Source of the DNA: Eledone cirrhosa
Lineage: Eukaryota
Assembly (NCBI GenBank): GCA_964016885.1
Contig: OZ024744.1
Coordinates: forward strand, 82,646,001-82,710,000
Direction: 5' to 3'
Length of the DNA stretch: 64,000 nucleotides
In this document: in pieces, positions 28,253 through 45,400 of the stretch
How positions within the stretch are numbered: position 1 is the first letter of the stretch
How the letters are laid out: every line of letters starts with the position of its first letter
Translations under genes and position numbers: made by a program
The notes under the pieces: model-generated
Databases searched by the model: none
What the model was told of the DNA's origin: nothing
The model's input: the letters and a program-made list of their open reading frames with translations, nothing else

Positions 28253-29498
28253 CATTCACTGTCGCAGTCACACACACACACACACACATACAAACATACA
28301 CACATACACACATACATATATACACTCTCTCTCACACACATTCACTCTCACAGTTACACACACACACACACATACACACATACATATATCCACTCTCTCT
28401 CACACACATTCACTGTCGCAGTCACGCACACACACACATACACACACATATATCCACTCTCTCTCACACACATTCACTCTCACAGTCACACACACACACT
28501 TACACACATACATATATCCACTCTCTCTCACACACATTCACTGTCGCAGTCACACACACACACATACACACATACATATATCCACTCTCTCTCACACACA
28601 TTCACTCTCACAGTCACCCACACACACATACACACATACACACACATATATTCACTCTCTCTCACACACATTCACTCTCACAGTTACACACACACACATA
28701 CACACATACACACATACATATATCCACTCTCTCTCACACACATTCACTCTCACAGTCACACACACACACTCACACATACACACATACATATATCCACTCT
28801 CTCTCACACACATTCACACACACACACACATACACACATACACACACATATATCCACTCTCTCTCACACACATTCACTCTCACAGTCACACACACACACA
28901 TACACACATACACACACACATATCCACTCTCTCTCACACACATTCACTCTCACAGTCACACACACACACATACACACATACACACATACACACATACATA
29001 TATCAACTCTCTCTCACACACATTCACTCTCACAGTCACACACACACACACAGACACACATACACAATTACATATATCCACTCTCTCTCAGACACATTCA
29101 CTGTCGCAGGCACACACACACACATACACACATACACACATACATATATACACTCTCTCTCTCACACATTCACTCTCAGTCACACACACACACACACACA
29201 CATACATACATCCACTCTCTCTCACACACATTCACATACACACACACATACACACATACAAATATCCACTCTCTCTCACACATTCACTCTCACAGTCACA
29301 CACATACACACACACACACACACATACACGCAAACATATATACACTCTCTCTCACACACATTCACTCTCACAGTTACACACACACATACACACATACACA
29401 CATACATATATCCACTCTCTCTCACACACATTCACACACATACACACATACACACATACATATATACACTCTCTCTCACACACATTCACTCTCACAGT

Positions 29499-29529
<31 letters not shown>

Positions 29530-29946
29530 ACATACACACATACATATATACACTCTCTCTCACACACATCCCCCTCACAGTTACACACACACACATACAC
29601 ACATACACACATACATATATCCACTCTCTCTCACACACATTCACAATCACAGTCACACACACACACACATACACACATACACACACATATATCCACTCTC
29701 TCTCACACACATTCACTCTCACAGTCACACACACACACATACACACATACACACACATATATCCACTCTCTCTCACACACATTCACTCTCACAGTCACAC
29801 ACACACACATACACACATACACACATACACACATACATATATCAACTCTCTCTCACACACATTCACTCTCACAGGCACACACACACACACACACACATAC
29901 ACAATTACATATATCCACTCTCTCTCACACACATTCACTCTGACAG

Positions 29947-29992
<46 letters not shown>

Positions 29993-30397
29993 ACATACAC
30001 ACATACATATATACACTCTCTCTCACACACATTCACACTCATACTCACACATACACACATACACACACATATATATATATACACTCCACTCTCTCTCTCA
30101 CTCAATCTCACACACACATACACACATACATATATCCACTCTCACTCACACAGTCACACATACACACATACATATATACACTCTCTCTCTCACACACACA
30201 TTCACTCTCACAGTCACACATAAACACACACATACACACAGACATATATCCACTCTCTCTCTCACACATTCACTCTCAGTCACACACACACACACACACA
30301 CATACATATATCCACTCTCTCTCACACACATTCACACACACACACACATACACACATACATATATCCACTCTCTCTCTCACACATTCACTCTCACAG

Positions 30398-30448
<51 letters not shown>

Positions 30449-30846
30449 CAAACATATATACACTCACTCTCACACACATTCACTCTCACAGTTACACACA
30501 CACACATACACACATACACACATACATATATCCACTCTCTCTCACACACATTCACACACACACACACATACACACATACACACACATATATCCACTCTCT
30601 CTCACACACATTCACTCTCACAGTCACACACACACACATACACACATACACACAAATATATCCACTCTCTTTCACACACATTCACTCTCACAGTCACACA
30701 CACACACATACACACATACACACATACACACATACATATATCAACTCTCTCTCACACACATTCCCTCTCACAGTTACACACACACACATACACACATACA
30801 CACATACATATATCCACTCTCTCTCACACACATTCACTCTCACAGT

Positions 30847-30879
<33 letters not shown>

Positions 30880-31409
30880 ACATACATATATACACTCTCT
30901 CTCACACACATTCACTCTCACAGTTACACACACACACACACATACACACATACATATATCCACTCTCTCTCACACACATTCACTGTCGCAGTCACACACA
31001 CACACACACACATACACACATACACACATACATATATACACTCTCTCTCACACACATTCACTCTCACAGTTACACACACACACACACATACACACATACA
31101 TATATCCACTCTCTCTCACACACATTCACTGTCGCAGTCACACACACAGACACACACACATACACAAATACACACATACATATATACACTCTCTCTCTCA
31201 CACATTCACTCTCAGTCACACACACACACACACACACATACATATATCCACTCTCTCACACATTCACTCTCAGTCACACACACACACACACACATATACA
31301 TATATCAACTCTCTCTCACACACATTCACTCTCACAGTTACACACACAAAACATACACACATACACACATACATATAACCACTCTCTCTCACACATTCAC
31401 TCTCACAGT

Positions 31410-31440
<31 letters not shown>

Positions 31441-31633
31441 ACATACATATATACACTCTCTCTCACACACATTCACTCTCACAGTTACACACACACACAC
31501 ACATACACACATACATATATCCACTCTCTCTCACACACATTCACTGTCGCAGTCACACACACACACACACACACACATACACACATACACACATACATAT
31601 ATCCACTCTCTCTCACACATTCACTCTCACAGT

Positions 31634-31666
<33 letters not shown>

Positions 31667-31775
31667 ACATACATATATACACTCTCTCTCACACACATTC
31701 ACTCTCACAGTTACACACACACACATACACACATACATATATCCACTCTCTCTCACACACATTCACTCTCACAGT

Positions 31776-31809
<34 letters not shown>

Positions 31810-32372
31810 CATTCACTGTCGCAGTCACACACACACACACACACATACAAACATACACACATACACACATACATATATACACTCTCTCTCACACACATTC
31901 ACTCTCACAGTTACACACACACACACACATACACACATACATATATCCACTCTCTCTCACACACATTCACTGTCGCAGTCACGCACACACACACATACAC
32001 ACACATATATCCACTCTCTCTCACACACATTCACTCTCACAGTCACACACACACACTTACACACATACATATATCCACTCTCTCTCACACACATTCACTG
32101 TCGCAGTCACACACACACACATACACACATACATATATCCACTCTCTCTCACACACATTCACTCTCACAGTCACCCACACACACATACACACATACACAC
32201 ACATATATTCACTCTCTCTCACACACATTCACTCTCACATACACACATACACACACACACACATATATCCACTCTCTCTCACACACATTCACTCTCACAG
32301 TCACACACACACACATACACACCTACACACATACATATATCAACTATCTCTCACACACATTCTCTCTCACAG

Positions 32373-32416
<44 letters not shown>

Positions 32417-32598
32417 ACATACATACATCCACTCTCCCTCACACACATTCACTCTTACTGTCACACATACACACATACACACATACACACAGACATATAT
32501 CCACTCTCTCTCACACACACATTCACTCTCACAGTCACACACACACACATACACACATACATATATCCACTCTCTCTCACACACATTCACTCTCACAG

Positions 32599-32639
<41 letters not shown>

Positions 32640-32655
32640 CATTCACTGTCGCAGT

Positions 32656-32689
<34 letters not shown>

Positions 32690-32857
32690 CAAACATATAT
32701 ACACTCTCTCTCTCACACATTCACTCTCACAGTTACACACACACATACACACATACACACATACATATATCCACTCTCTCTCACACACATTCACACACAT
32801 ACACACATACACACATACATATATACACTCTCTCTCACACACATTCACTCTCACAGT

Positions 32858-32888
<31 letters not shown>

Positions 32889-33353
32889 ACATACACACAT
32901 ACATATATACACTCTCACACACATCCCCCTCACAGTTACACACACACACATACACACATACACACATACATATATCCACTCTCTCTCACACACATTCACT
33001 CTCACAGTCACACACACACACACACATACACACATACATATATCCACTCTCTCTCACACACATTCACACTCACAGTCACACACACATACACACATACACA
33101 CATACATATATCCACTCTCTCTCACACACATTCACTCTCACAGTCACACACACACACACACATACACACATACATATATCCACTCTCTCTCACACACATT
33201 CACTCTCACAGTCACACACACATACACACATACACACATACATATATCCACTCTCTCTCACACACATTCACTGTCGCAGTCACACACACACACACATACA
33301 CACATACACACATACATATATACACTCTCTCTCACACACATTCACTCTCACAG

Positions 33354-33404
<51 letters not shown>

Positions 33405-33956
33405 TACATATATGCACTCTCTCTCACACACATTCACTCTCACAGTCACACACACACACACACAATACACACATACATATATCCACTCTCCCTCACACAC
33501 ATTCACTGTCGCAGTCACACACACACAAACACACACATACACACACATATATCCACTCTCTCTCACACACATTCACTCTCACAGTCACACACACACACAC
33601 ACATACACACATACATATATCCACTCTCTCTCACACACATTCACTGTCGCAGTCACACACACACACACACACACACATACACACATACACACATACATAT
33701 ATCCACTCTCTCTCACACACATCCACTCTCACAGTCACACACACACACATACACACATACACACACATATATCCACTCTCTCTCACACACATTCACTCTC
33801 ACATACACACATACACACATACACACATATATCCACTCTCTCTCACACACATTCACTCTCACAGTCACACACATATTCACTCTCACAGTCACACACACAT
33901 ACACACCTACACACATACATATATCAACTCTCTCTCACACACATTCTTTCTCACAG

Positions 33957-33994
<38 letters not shown>

Positions 33995-34896
33995 ACATAG
34001 ATACATCCACTCTCTCTCACACACACATTCACTCTCACAGTCACACACACACACATACACACATACACACATACATATATCCACTCTCTCTCACACACAT
34101 TCACACACACACACATACACACATACATATATCCACTCTCTCTCACACACATTCACTCTCACATACACACATACACACATATATATATCCACTCGCTCTC
34201 ACACACATTCACTCTCACATACACACATACACACATACATATATACACTCTCTCTCACACACATTCACTCTCACATACACACATACACACATACATATAT
34301 ACACTCTCTCTCACACACATTCACTCTCACAGTCACACACACACACATACACACATACATACATGCACTCTCTCTCACACACATTCACTCTTACTGTCAC
34401 ACACACACACATACACACATACATATATACACTCTCTCTCACACACATTCACTCTCACAGTCACACACACACACACACACACGCACACACACACACACAT
34501 ACATACATCCACTCTCTCTCACACACATTCACACTCATACTCACACATACACACATACACACACATATATATATATACACTCCACTCTCTCTCTCACTCA
34601 ATCTCACACACACATACACACATACATATATCCACTCTCACTCACACAGTCACACATACACACATACATATATACACTCTCTCTCTCACACACACATTCA
34701 CTCTCACAGTCACACATAAACACACACATACACACAGACATATATCCACTCTCTCTCTCACACATTCACTCTCAGTCACACACACACACACACACACATA
34801 CATATATCCACTCTCTCTCACACACATTCACACACACACACACACATATACACATACATATATCCACTCTCTCTCTCACACATTCACTCTCACAGT

Positions 34897-34930
<34 letters not shown>

Positions 34931-35623
34931 CAAACATATAAACACTCTCTCTCACACACATTCACTCTCACAGTTACACACACACATACACACATACACA
35001 CATACATATATCCACTCTCTCTCACACACATTCACACACATACACACATACACACATACATATATACACTCTCTCTCACACACATTCACTCTCACAGTCA
35101 CACACACACACACACACACACATACACACACATACACACATACACACATACATATATACACTCTCTCTCACACACATTCACTCTCACAGTTACACACACA
35201 CACATACACACATACACACATACATATATCCACTCTCTCTCACACACATTCACTCTCACAGTCACACACACACACACACATACACACATACATATATCCA
35301 CTCTCTCTCACACACATTCACACTCACAGTCACACACACACACACATACACACATACACACACATATATCCACTCTCTCTCACACACATTCACTCTCACA
35401 GTCACACACACACACATACACACATACACACACATATATCCACTCTCTCTCACACACATTCACTCTCACAGTCACACACACACACATACACACATACACA
35501 CATACACACATACATATATCAACTCTCTCTCACACACATTCACTCTCACAGTCACACACACACACACACACACATACACAATTACATATATCCACTCTCT
35601 CTCACACACATTCACACTCACAG

Positions 35624-35667
<44 letters not shown>

Positions 35668-36443
35668 ACATACACACATACATATATACACTCTCTCTCA
35701 CACACATTCACTGTCGCAGTCACACACACACACACACACATACACACATACACACATACACACATACATATATACACTCTCTCTCACACACATTCACTCT
35801 CACAGTTACACACACACACACACACACATTCACACATACATATATTCACTCTCTCTCACACACATTCACTCTCACAGTCACACACACACACACACATACA
35901 CACATACATATATCCACTCTCTCTCACACACATTCACTGTCGCAGTCACACACACACACACGCACACACACATACACACATACACACATACATATATCCA
36001 CTCTCTCTCACACACATTCACTCTCACAGTCACACACACATACACAGATACACACACATATATTCACTCTCTCTCACACACATTCACTCTCACATACACA
36101 CATACACACACACACACACATATATCCACTCTCTCTCACACACATTCACTCTCACAGTCACACACACACACATACACACCTACACACATACATATATCAA
36201 CTCTCTCTCACACACATTCTCTCTCACAGTCACACACACACACACACACACACATACACACATACATACATCCACTCTCTCTCACACACATTCACTCTTA
36301 CTGTCACACATACACGCATACACACATACACACAGACATATATCCACTCTCTCTCACACAGACATTCACTCTCACAGTCACACACACACATACACACATA
36401 CATATATACACTCTCTCTCTCTCAGACACATTCTCTCTCACAG

Positions 36444-36483
<40 letters not shown>

Positions 36484-36717
36484 ACATACATATATACACT
36501 CTCTCTCACACACATTCACACACATACATACATACACACATACATATATCCACTCTCTCTCTCTCACACACATTCACACACACACACATACACACATACA
36601 TATATCCACTCTCTCTCACATACATTCACTGTCGCAGTCACACACACACACACACACATACACACATACACACATACATATATACACTCTCTCTCACACA
36701 CATTCACTCTCACAGTT

Positions 36718-36750
<33 letters not shown>

Positions 36751-36994
36751 TACATATATGCACTCTCTCTCACACACATTCACTCTCACAGTCACACACA
36801 CACACACACAATACACACATACATATATCCACTCTCTCTCACACACATTCACTGTCGCAGTCACACACACACAAACACACACATACACACACATATATCC
36901 ACTCTCTCTCACACACATTCACTCTCACAGTCACACACACACACATACACACATACATATATCCACTCTCTCTCACACACATTCACTGTCGCAG

Positions 36995-37044
<50 letters not shown>

Positions 37045-37290
37045 ACATACATATATCCACTCTCTCTCACACACATTCACTCTCACAGTCACACACACAC
37101 ACATACACACATACACACACATATATCCACTCTCTCTCACACACATTCACTCTCACATACACACATACACACATACACACATATATCCACTCTCTCTCAC
37201 ACACATTCACTCTCACAGTCACACACACACACATACACACCTACACACATACATATATCAACTCTCTCTCACACACATTCTCTCTCACAA

Positions 37291-37332
<42 letters not shown>

Positions 37333-38207
37333 ACATAGATACATCCACTCTCTCTCACACACATTCACTCTTACTGTCACACATACACACATACACACAT
37401 ACACACATACATATATACACTCTCCCTCACACACATTCACACACATACACACATACACACATACATATATCCACTCTCTCTCTCTCACACACATTCACAC
37501 ACACACACATACACACATACATATATCCACTCTCTCTCACACACATTCACTCTCACATACACACACATACACACATACATATATCCACTTTCTCTCACAC
37601 ACATTCACTCTCACATACACACATACACACATACATATATCCACTCGCTCTCACACACATTCACTCTCACATACACACATACACACAGACATATATACAC
37701 TCTCTCTCACACACATTCACTCTCACATACACACATACACACATACATATATCCACTCGCTCTCACACACATTCACTCTCACATACACACATACACACAG
37801 ACATATATACACTCTCTCTCACCACACACATTCACTCTCACATACACACATACACACATACACACATACATATATACACTCTCTCTCACACACATTCACT
37901 CTCACAGTCAAACACACACACATACACACATACATACATCCACTCTCTCTCACACACATTCACTCTTACTGTCAAACACACACACATACACACATACATA
38001 TATACACTCTCTCTCACACACATTCACTCTCACAGTCACACACACACACACACACGCACACACACACACACACATACATATATACACTCTCTCTCACACA
38101 CATTCACTCTCACAGTCACACACACACACACACACGCACACACACACACACACATACATACATCCACTCTCTCTCACACACATTCACTCTCACAGTCACA
38201 CATACAC
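22570..38207. repeat. ~15.6-kb compound CA/CT satellite (variable ~45-75-bp monomer) with higher-order structure
   Basis: Monomer catacatatatccactctctctcacacacattcactctcacagtca(ca)n. The plus strand is nearly G-free. Confidence 0.95.
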
Positions 38208-38324
38208 CCGTGGTTAGTTTCTACCCCGTTCACGTTGCTCTCCATTTTCTCCACTCTCTTCTATATAACTATATCCATTGTACAACTGTTGTTGTTAGAC
38301 AGAGTATTTTCTCGTAACAAAATA

Positions 38325-38500
38325 ACTGTTTCTACTTTTGGCACAAGGCCAGCAATTAACCCAGTGTATTACTGGTACTTTATTTTATCGACCCCGAAAG
38401 GATGAAAGGCAAAGTTAACCTCGGCGGGATTTGAACTCAGAATGGCAAGGACCGTAACTCTATGCGTCAAAGCATGGCGTCCGACCCTCTACTGGTACTG
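38325..38500 (-). mobile_element. Nin-domain SINE
   Basis: Same family signature as 3235-3420. Confidence 0.85.
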
Positions 38501-38657
38501 CAAAATAACAAAACCAAATAAGGTATTAAGGCTGTCTCTTCCAACAGCACAATAGCCATAAACTACCACCTCACTTTCTCTCTCTCTCTCTCTATCTCTC
38601 TCTCTTTCTCTCTCTCTTTCTCTTTCTCTTTCTTTCTCTCTCTCTATATATATATAC

Positions 38658-38711
<54 letters not shown>

Positions 38712-38717
38712 ATATGT

Positions 38718-38878
<161 letters not shown>

Positions 38879-39042
38879 CACATATATATATATACATATA
38901 TATACAGTATATATATATATATATATAAATATATATACTGTATATATATGTATATATATATAAATATATATACTGTATATATATGTATATATATATATAT
39001 GTGTATATATATATATATATATGTGTATATATATATATATAC

Positions 39043-39073
<31 letters not shown>

Positions 39074-39132
39074 TATGAAGTGATTTTTTAGTAAGTAAGT
39101 TAATTTTATAATTTTCTTATTTTACGTCTCTC

Positions 39133-39171
<39 letters not shown>

Positions 39172-39245
39172 TATATATATATATACACACATATATATAT
39201 ATATACATATATATACATATATATATATATACATATATATATATG

Positions 39246-39316
<71 letters not shown>

Positions 39317-39348
39317 GTATATATATGTATATATATATATATGTGTAC

Positions 39349-39406
<58 letters not shown>

Positions 39407-39545
39407 GTAAATATAAATATATTTATATGTGTGTGTCTGTGTGTGTGTGTGTGTATGTGTGCACATGTGCATGTGTATGTGTGTATGTGTCTGTGTGTGT
39501 GCCAGTGTGTGTACAACATACACACACACATCTCTCTCTCTCTTG

Positions 39546-39619
<74 letters not shown>

Positions 39620-39640
39620 AGAGAGAGACAGAGTGAGAAA

Positions 39641-39686
<46 letters not shown>

Positions 39687-39779
39687 GTGAACCTCGAACA
39701 ACATGGTCTAAAATAAAAATTTAGACCATGTAATCTTCATTTATCGATTTGTTTGTTTACTTCAGAGACCATTACCCTC

Positions 39780-39793
39780 TTCACCATCATAAC

Positions 39794-39845
<52 letters not shown>

Positions 39846-39982
39846 ATCATCATCATTACCGTAATCGTCTTCGTCATCGTCATCGTCATCATCATCATCA
39901 TCATCATCATCACCCTCATAACCTTGGTCGCGATCACCATCATCATCATCATCATCATCATCATCTCCATCATAACAATCGC

Positions 39983-40034
<52 letters not shown>

Positions 40035-40060
40035 AGCAGTAGTAGCAGCAGCAGCAACAG
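39780..40060. repeat. (CAT)n/(CGTCAT)n/(CAG)n compound microsatellite
   Basis: Direct reading. Confidence 0.9.
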
Positions 40061-40329
40061 TAACTACATAAGAAGTGAGACTGTATGTGATATCTCTAAT
40101 TGCTAGAAATATTCCCCCCAAATCTCTCTCAAATCACACCTTACTGTATGAAATAAGAAGACGATACATTACCCTATTATGGTTCTATATACGTTTTAAT
40201 GAACGAGATGGTCATGGCTGGAAAGTATTTAATCACATGACTTTTAGGTCATAGTTGGACTTGGGCTAAATAGAACAAGAGTTACGTCAGCAATGTACGT
40301 TTAGCTAATACGTTTCTCTATTACTTCTA

Positions 40330-40486
40330 GAACAACAACAACAACAGCAGCAACAGCACCAACAACAACAACTACAACAACAACAACAACAACAACAACA
40401 GCAACAACAACAACAACAGCAACAACAACAACAAAAGCAGCAACAGCACCAACAACAACAACAGCTACAACAACAACAACAACAGC

Positions 40487-40529
<43 letters not shown>

Positions 40530-40714
40530 GCAACAGCACCAACAACAACAACAACAGCACCAACAACAACAACAACAACAGCAACAACAGCTACAACAAC
40601 AACAACAACAACAGCAACAACTGCTACAACAACAACAACAGCAACAACAACAACAGCACCAACAACAACAACAACAACAGCACCAACAACAACAACTACA
40701 ACAACAACAGCACC

Positions 40715-40751
<37 letters not shown>

Positions 40752-40798
40752 GCAACAACAACAACAACAGCAACAACAACAACAACAACATCACCAGC

Positions 40799-40853
<55 letters not shown>

Positions 40854-40857
40854 TCAT

Positions 40858-40896
<39 letters not shown>

Positions 40897-40897
40897 T
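40330..40897. repeat. Interrupted (CAA)n microsatellite
   Basis: Direct reading. Confidence 0.9.
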
Positions 40898-41214
40898 ATC
40901 ACCATCAACCATGTAAACACTTGTATACATATTTACTTTCCAGCGCCCTTTATTCATATAAAAAGGGTTTTAAAGATGCGGCTGTGTAATAGTCTAAAGG
41001 TGAACTTAACTTTATTATACAACCTTACGGAGGAGTGAATAAATTAAACAACAGTGAAGTTGAAGTTGATTCCATCGAAATACAGATGCTGAAGTCATGT
41101 GTACATGTTAAAAATATATTTCCATTATTGATTGCATTACATCACGTAAATACTAATGATTTATGTAGTTTGAAATGCTTACCATTCTGTATAGTAACTT
41201 TTATTGTGTTGTAT

Positions 41215-42075
41215 TAGATGAAAGAATGGTATTTAACTAATGTATTGGTACGCGATGGGGCCCACCCACAGCCCCGGCAGACAGAATGGAGAAGGCGTTT
41301 CCCCGGAGGACGACAAGGGAGACGCGCTGGAAAAGCCACTCCACCTCGCGAGGCTCACACCTGCGGCTGGCCAGCTCAGCGCCTATGGTGGTGAGTAAGG
41401 AGGTAGCCCTGGAGCCGAGGACACCAGAAGTTTTCCACTGCCAGGGGTACGACCGCAAACCTGTCGATGAGCGACCGGTATTTGAGGAGTTTGGCCCCCT
41501 CATCCCGACGTGCAGCAGAACCTGGGTCAGTCGCAGACTGCACCAGGTTGCGGCTGCAGAAAGTGTCGGTGCAAGTGGCATCCCAAACGAGGGGTTTGCC
41601 ACCGCGGAACGGGAAGATGGTCATGCCATCTGGCCTTTTGCCGTACTCTTGATCCAGCCCCACCGGCTCGAGCTGGGAAGGGAAGCCTGCAGCGTCCAAA
41701 CCATGCTTAATGACCTCGTTGAGGGCAGTATGGCGTGGAATGCGGCCGGCACTGTGGAGACAGGAAAGCGGGTGGAGGCCGAAAGAGCCCACGGTGGAAC
41801 CGCAGCGACATTGGTGTGGCTAGCAGATCCGGAGGCCGAGCCTCAGGAAAACGCCGATTCGCAGGCTATGGTTGTCTAGCTGCGTGCCAGTGAAGAAGGA
41901 GGACAGAGCATGGAGCCAACCACCACTGTGGGGTTTGGAGGCCGCACGAAAACAAGCAAGGCGGTGCTGGTCAAGCTGGCGCGTGAGCCTGTCTGAGGTC
42001 AGGTTGCACTGGATGGCATGCCAAATGCTTTGGAAGACTTGACGTCAGCAGGGGAGAAGGAGGAGGGGCGTCTAC
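41215..42075 (-). mobile_element. 3' part of a CRE-clade non-LTR retrotransposon (restriction-like endonuclease), frameshifted
   Basis: HPLSCLHSAGRIPRHTALNEVIK, EPVGL, GKRPDGMT, LVWDATCTDTF, KYRSL, PLAVE/TSGVLG, FQRVSLVVLRGNAFSIL. GC-rich relative to the host. Confidence 0.85.
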
Positions 42076-42624
42076 TGGGCTAAGTCCCAGCCGGTCCCAC
42101 GTCTCACAGGCGGCCTTACGCTCCCTGATCGCAGAGCGTTCCATTGTGTTTTGGAGAACCCGGCTGACGAGGACGTGGCATGTCTTCGAAAACGTTTCTC
42201 TTCTGTCCTATCCCACTTACAAAGCATCATTCGACACGAAACTATGGTAAATGATGCGTGTCCAACATACTGCAACATGGTTGCGAAGTCTACTTCTTAA
42301 ACTTCTTAACCTTTCGGCCATGCAGCGTGCACAAGAGAAATATTAACTTTCTTGATCTCACAAGTAACGAAGGGACTTCGATGACAATGTTCATGATCTT
42401 TCCCTCTAACGGACTAAGCCAATGGTAAAAAGATTTAACTCTACAATGTGTCTCTACATTACTCTAAGTATCTGTCTTAGAACATTCATCGGATATACAA
42501 TGCTTATACCATCGGAACCTATATAAAATGCATTTGTGGAGGGCTTTAAAAAGGCGAAACCGTGTGGAGCCCTAAAGGATGAAAAACGAAAATATCTCAG
42601 TGAGAGAAGGAACATGAATTAAGA

Positions 42625-42822
42625 ATTGTTTCTACATTTGGTACAAGGTCAGCAATTCGAAGGTAAGGGGAAAATCGTTTAAATCAACCCTAGTACATTA
42701 CGGGTACTTTATTTTATCGACCCGTAAGGATGAAAGGCGAACCTAACCTCGATGACATTTAACCTCTGAATCTAAAGGGACGTAACTAACTGTCACAAAG
42801 CATGTTACTGCCAATCCACCGC
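42625..42822 (-). mobile_element. Nin-domain SINE (divergent)
   Basis: tttattttatcgacccgtaaggatgaaaggc signature. Confidence 0.75.
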
Positions 42823-42934
42823 ATTAACATAAATATAGAATAGTGTGGAAAAGGAAATACAAAAAATGAAATTCTCATAACCAACAGAGAACCATGATGG
42901 AAACAGAAAAATCAAAAAGCCGTTGAAGTATCCT

Positions 42935-43086
<152 letters not shown>

Positions 43087-43199
43087 GCAAAAGTTCTATT
43101 TAAAATTGTTGGGATACAACAAGTAAATATTTTTATAACTGATATAAAGCACTCGACAAGGGTACGTCAACGCTTATTTGTAAAACTGTTATATATTGC

Positions 43200-43262
43200 A
43201 TTTTGTCTGATGAAGGCATACCATAATTTAATTTGGTATCCCTGAAATATGTATAATGAAAT
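43200..43262 (+). ncRNA. Minimal type I hammerhead in a short PLE-type element (43087-43302)
   Basis: AUUUUGU-CUGAUGA-AGGcAUACCA...UGGUAUcCCU-GAAA-UAUGUA-UA^AUGAAAU. Confidence 0.8.
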
Positions 43263-43302
43263 AAATATGGTTTTATAAATATAGTTTCCATTTATTAATA
43301 TC

Positions 43303-43342
<40 letters not shown>

Positions 43343-43565
43343 CTGCTCTCCAAACAAGCAAGTCAGTCCGATCGATTTTTTAAGTCTCTCATATCGTTAC
43401 TCCCTTGATAATTAAACTGGAAGATATTTGTGATCGTTAGATTTGCTATCTTGGCAATTTAATGTTCTTCCTAACGCATTGTTTCGCTTTCAAAATTATT
43501 TGAATTTGTGGTTCCTATTCAACAATGTTTCAAGCAAGCTACCAAACTCTGTTATATATATAATA

Positions 43566-43695
43566 ATGTTTCTACTTTTTGGCACAAGGCCAGCAATTAC
43601 CCAGTACATTACTAGTACTTTATTTTATCGACCTCATAAGGATGAAAGGTAAAGTTAACCTCGGCGGTATTCGAACTCAGAAGGGTAACGGCCGT
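43566..43695 (-). mobile_element. Nin-domain SINE, truncated
   Basis: Family signature. Confidence 0.75.
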
Positions 43696-44046
43696 AATAA
43701 TAATAAGTCAACAGGACTAGCAAAAGGTTTGCCTGCTAGTACCGGTTGCATCTCAGCGTATTCAATAGGTAAGGTTATGTATAAATCTCAGAGTTGACAC
43801 AATGTTATTTGCCTCGATACAACACACGTAAATGGGTACCATACATTTTTACCCGTACTCGAGTTTTCGCCACACATAATGCAGTAAGAGAGCGTACGGC
43901 ATCCATTGCCTGCATTTATTATGCACCAATGCACAATCGGTGCATGTGGCTTCATCAGCGTGTCTCGCTTAATCAATAACCAATCGATCGACAGGATTCG
44001 ATTCCAGTCTGTGTTGGCTATGGCAGTAAATGTAACAGGTGACGCA

Positions 44047-45225
44047 TGAGGGTTACTGAAAAGTTCCTGGCTTTAAGGGTATCGTGAAATTGAGGAGCTG
44101 TTACTTTACAGGGGAGGTAGGACAACTATTTAAGAGAAGATAAGCCCCAATTCATGATGGTATACATTATATATTCTCTTTTATGCAGATTTAACGAATG
44201 ATGACAGCTCCTACAGTGGATTTTGGTAAAATTGATGCACGGACCGTCATCAAATTCCTCTTCATGCAAGGCAAAAGAGTGGTGGCAATCCATGGTAAGA
44301 TTAAAGAAGTCTTGAAGGATGGCTGTCCAACATACTTGGTGTCAAGGCTTTGGACCGGTCATTTCAAGGTCACAGATGAACCCCGGTCATGACGGCCAAC
44401 TTCCGCGACTCAGAGGACAAAGCCGACGCAGTGCACGTCATGATTCTCGAGGATCAATGGATATTAGCTAAATTAATAGCTGAATCTCTGAGGATTTCCC
44501 ACGAAAGAGTTGACCACACCATCCACAACATTCTGGACATGAGAAAGCTTTCCGTAAAATGAGTGCTGAAATGCCTGAACGAAGATCAGGAGCGCATCAG
44601 GATGACATCAAAGGCGATTTTTAATCGGCTTGCGACGGGAGAGGCTGATTTAATGGCTCGTCTAGTCACCATGGATGAAACTTGGCTTCACCATTATGAT
44701 CGCCAGACCAAACAGCAATCAATGGAGTGGCGTCATAGCGGTTCACCGCGTCACAAGATATTTCGGGCCCAGAGTTCTGCTGGAAAGAGTCTGGCTTCAG
44801 TTTTTCGAGACAAAGATAGAGTACTCCTCATAAAATACCTGTCAAAGAGTCACACATTCAATACGTAATACTACATTTGTCTGTTGGTCGAACTGTGTGA
44901 AGCTTTCAAGCAGAAAGACCGTGGTAAGTTAAGACATGTGTCCTGTTTTTACATGAAACCTTTCGAAAAATACCTGACTTTAGCTTCGAATTGGTAAATC
45001 ACCCACCTTACTCTTCTGACTTGACCTCTTCCGGCTATCATCTATTTCCACAACTGAAGAAACATCTCAAGGGAACGAAGTTTTACTCCGATTTGGAAGT
45101 GATCGCTGCTACAGAGACCTGTTTGGAGGCCCAACTTATCGAGTTCTTTTTATAGGTCTTAGAAAAACTGAAGGAGCACTGCAATAAGTGTGTGAATCTG
45201 AGAAGGGCATATGTTGAATAAAATC
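44047..45225 (+). mobile_element. Decayed mariner transposon
   Basis: RTVIKFLF, LVTMDETWLHHYD-QTKQQSMEW, HPPYSSDL (YSPDL motif), CNKCVNLRRAYVE*. 5' TIR-like gagggttactgaaaagttcctggcttta. Many stops; no 3' TIR seen. Confidence 0.9.
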
Positions 45226-45244
45226 ATAAGGAATGATAATGGAT

Positions 45245-45400
45245 GCAGGCATGATGGTTAAGAAATTCGCTTCGCAATAATGATGTTTCATGTGCGATCC
45301 TACTGAGTGGCATTGTGGAAGATGACTTCACAAGAGCGCCGAGTCGACTCAAACACTGTAAGTGAAACTGTGTAGACGGAAAATCTGTGGAAGCCCGCCT
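45245..45400 (+). mobile_element. Old tRNA-derived SINE remnant
   Basis: gcaggcatg...tggttaagaaattcgcttcgcaa head and gtagacggaaaatctgtggaagcccg tail. Confidence 0.5.

Noticed and set aside
22507-38317. Long ORFs (449, 1132, 435, 519 aa) rich in H/T/Y/S
   Set aside because: They are translations of a G-poor CA/CT satellite in which stop codons are rare by composition; there is no protein signal.
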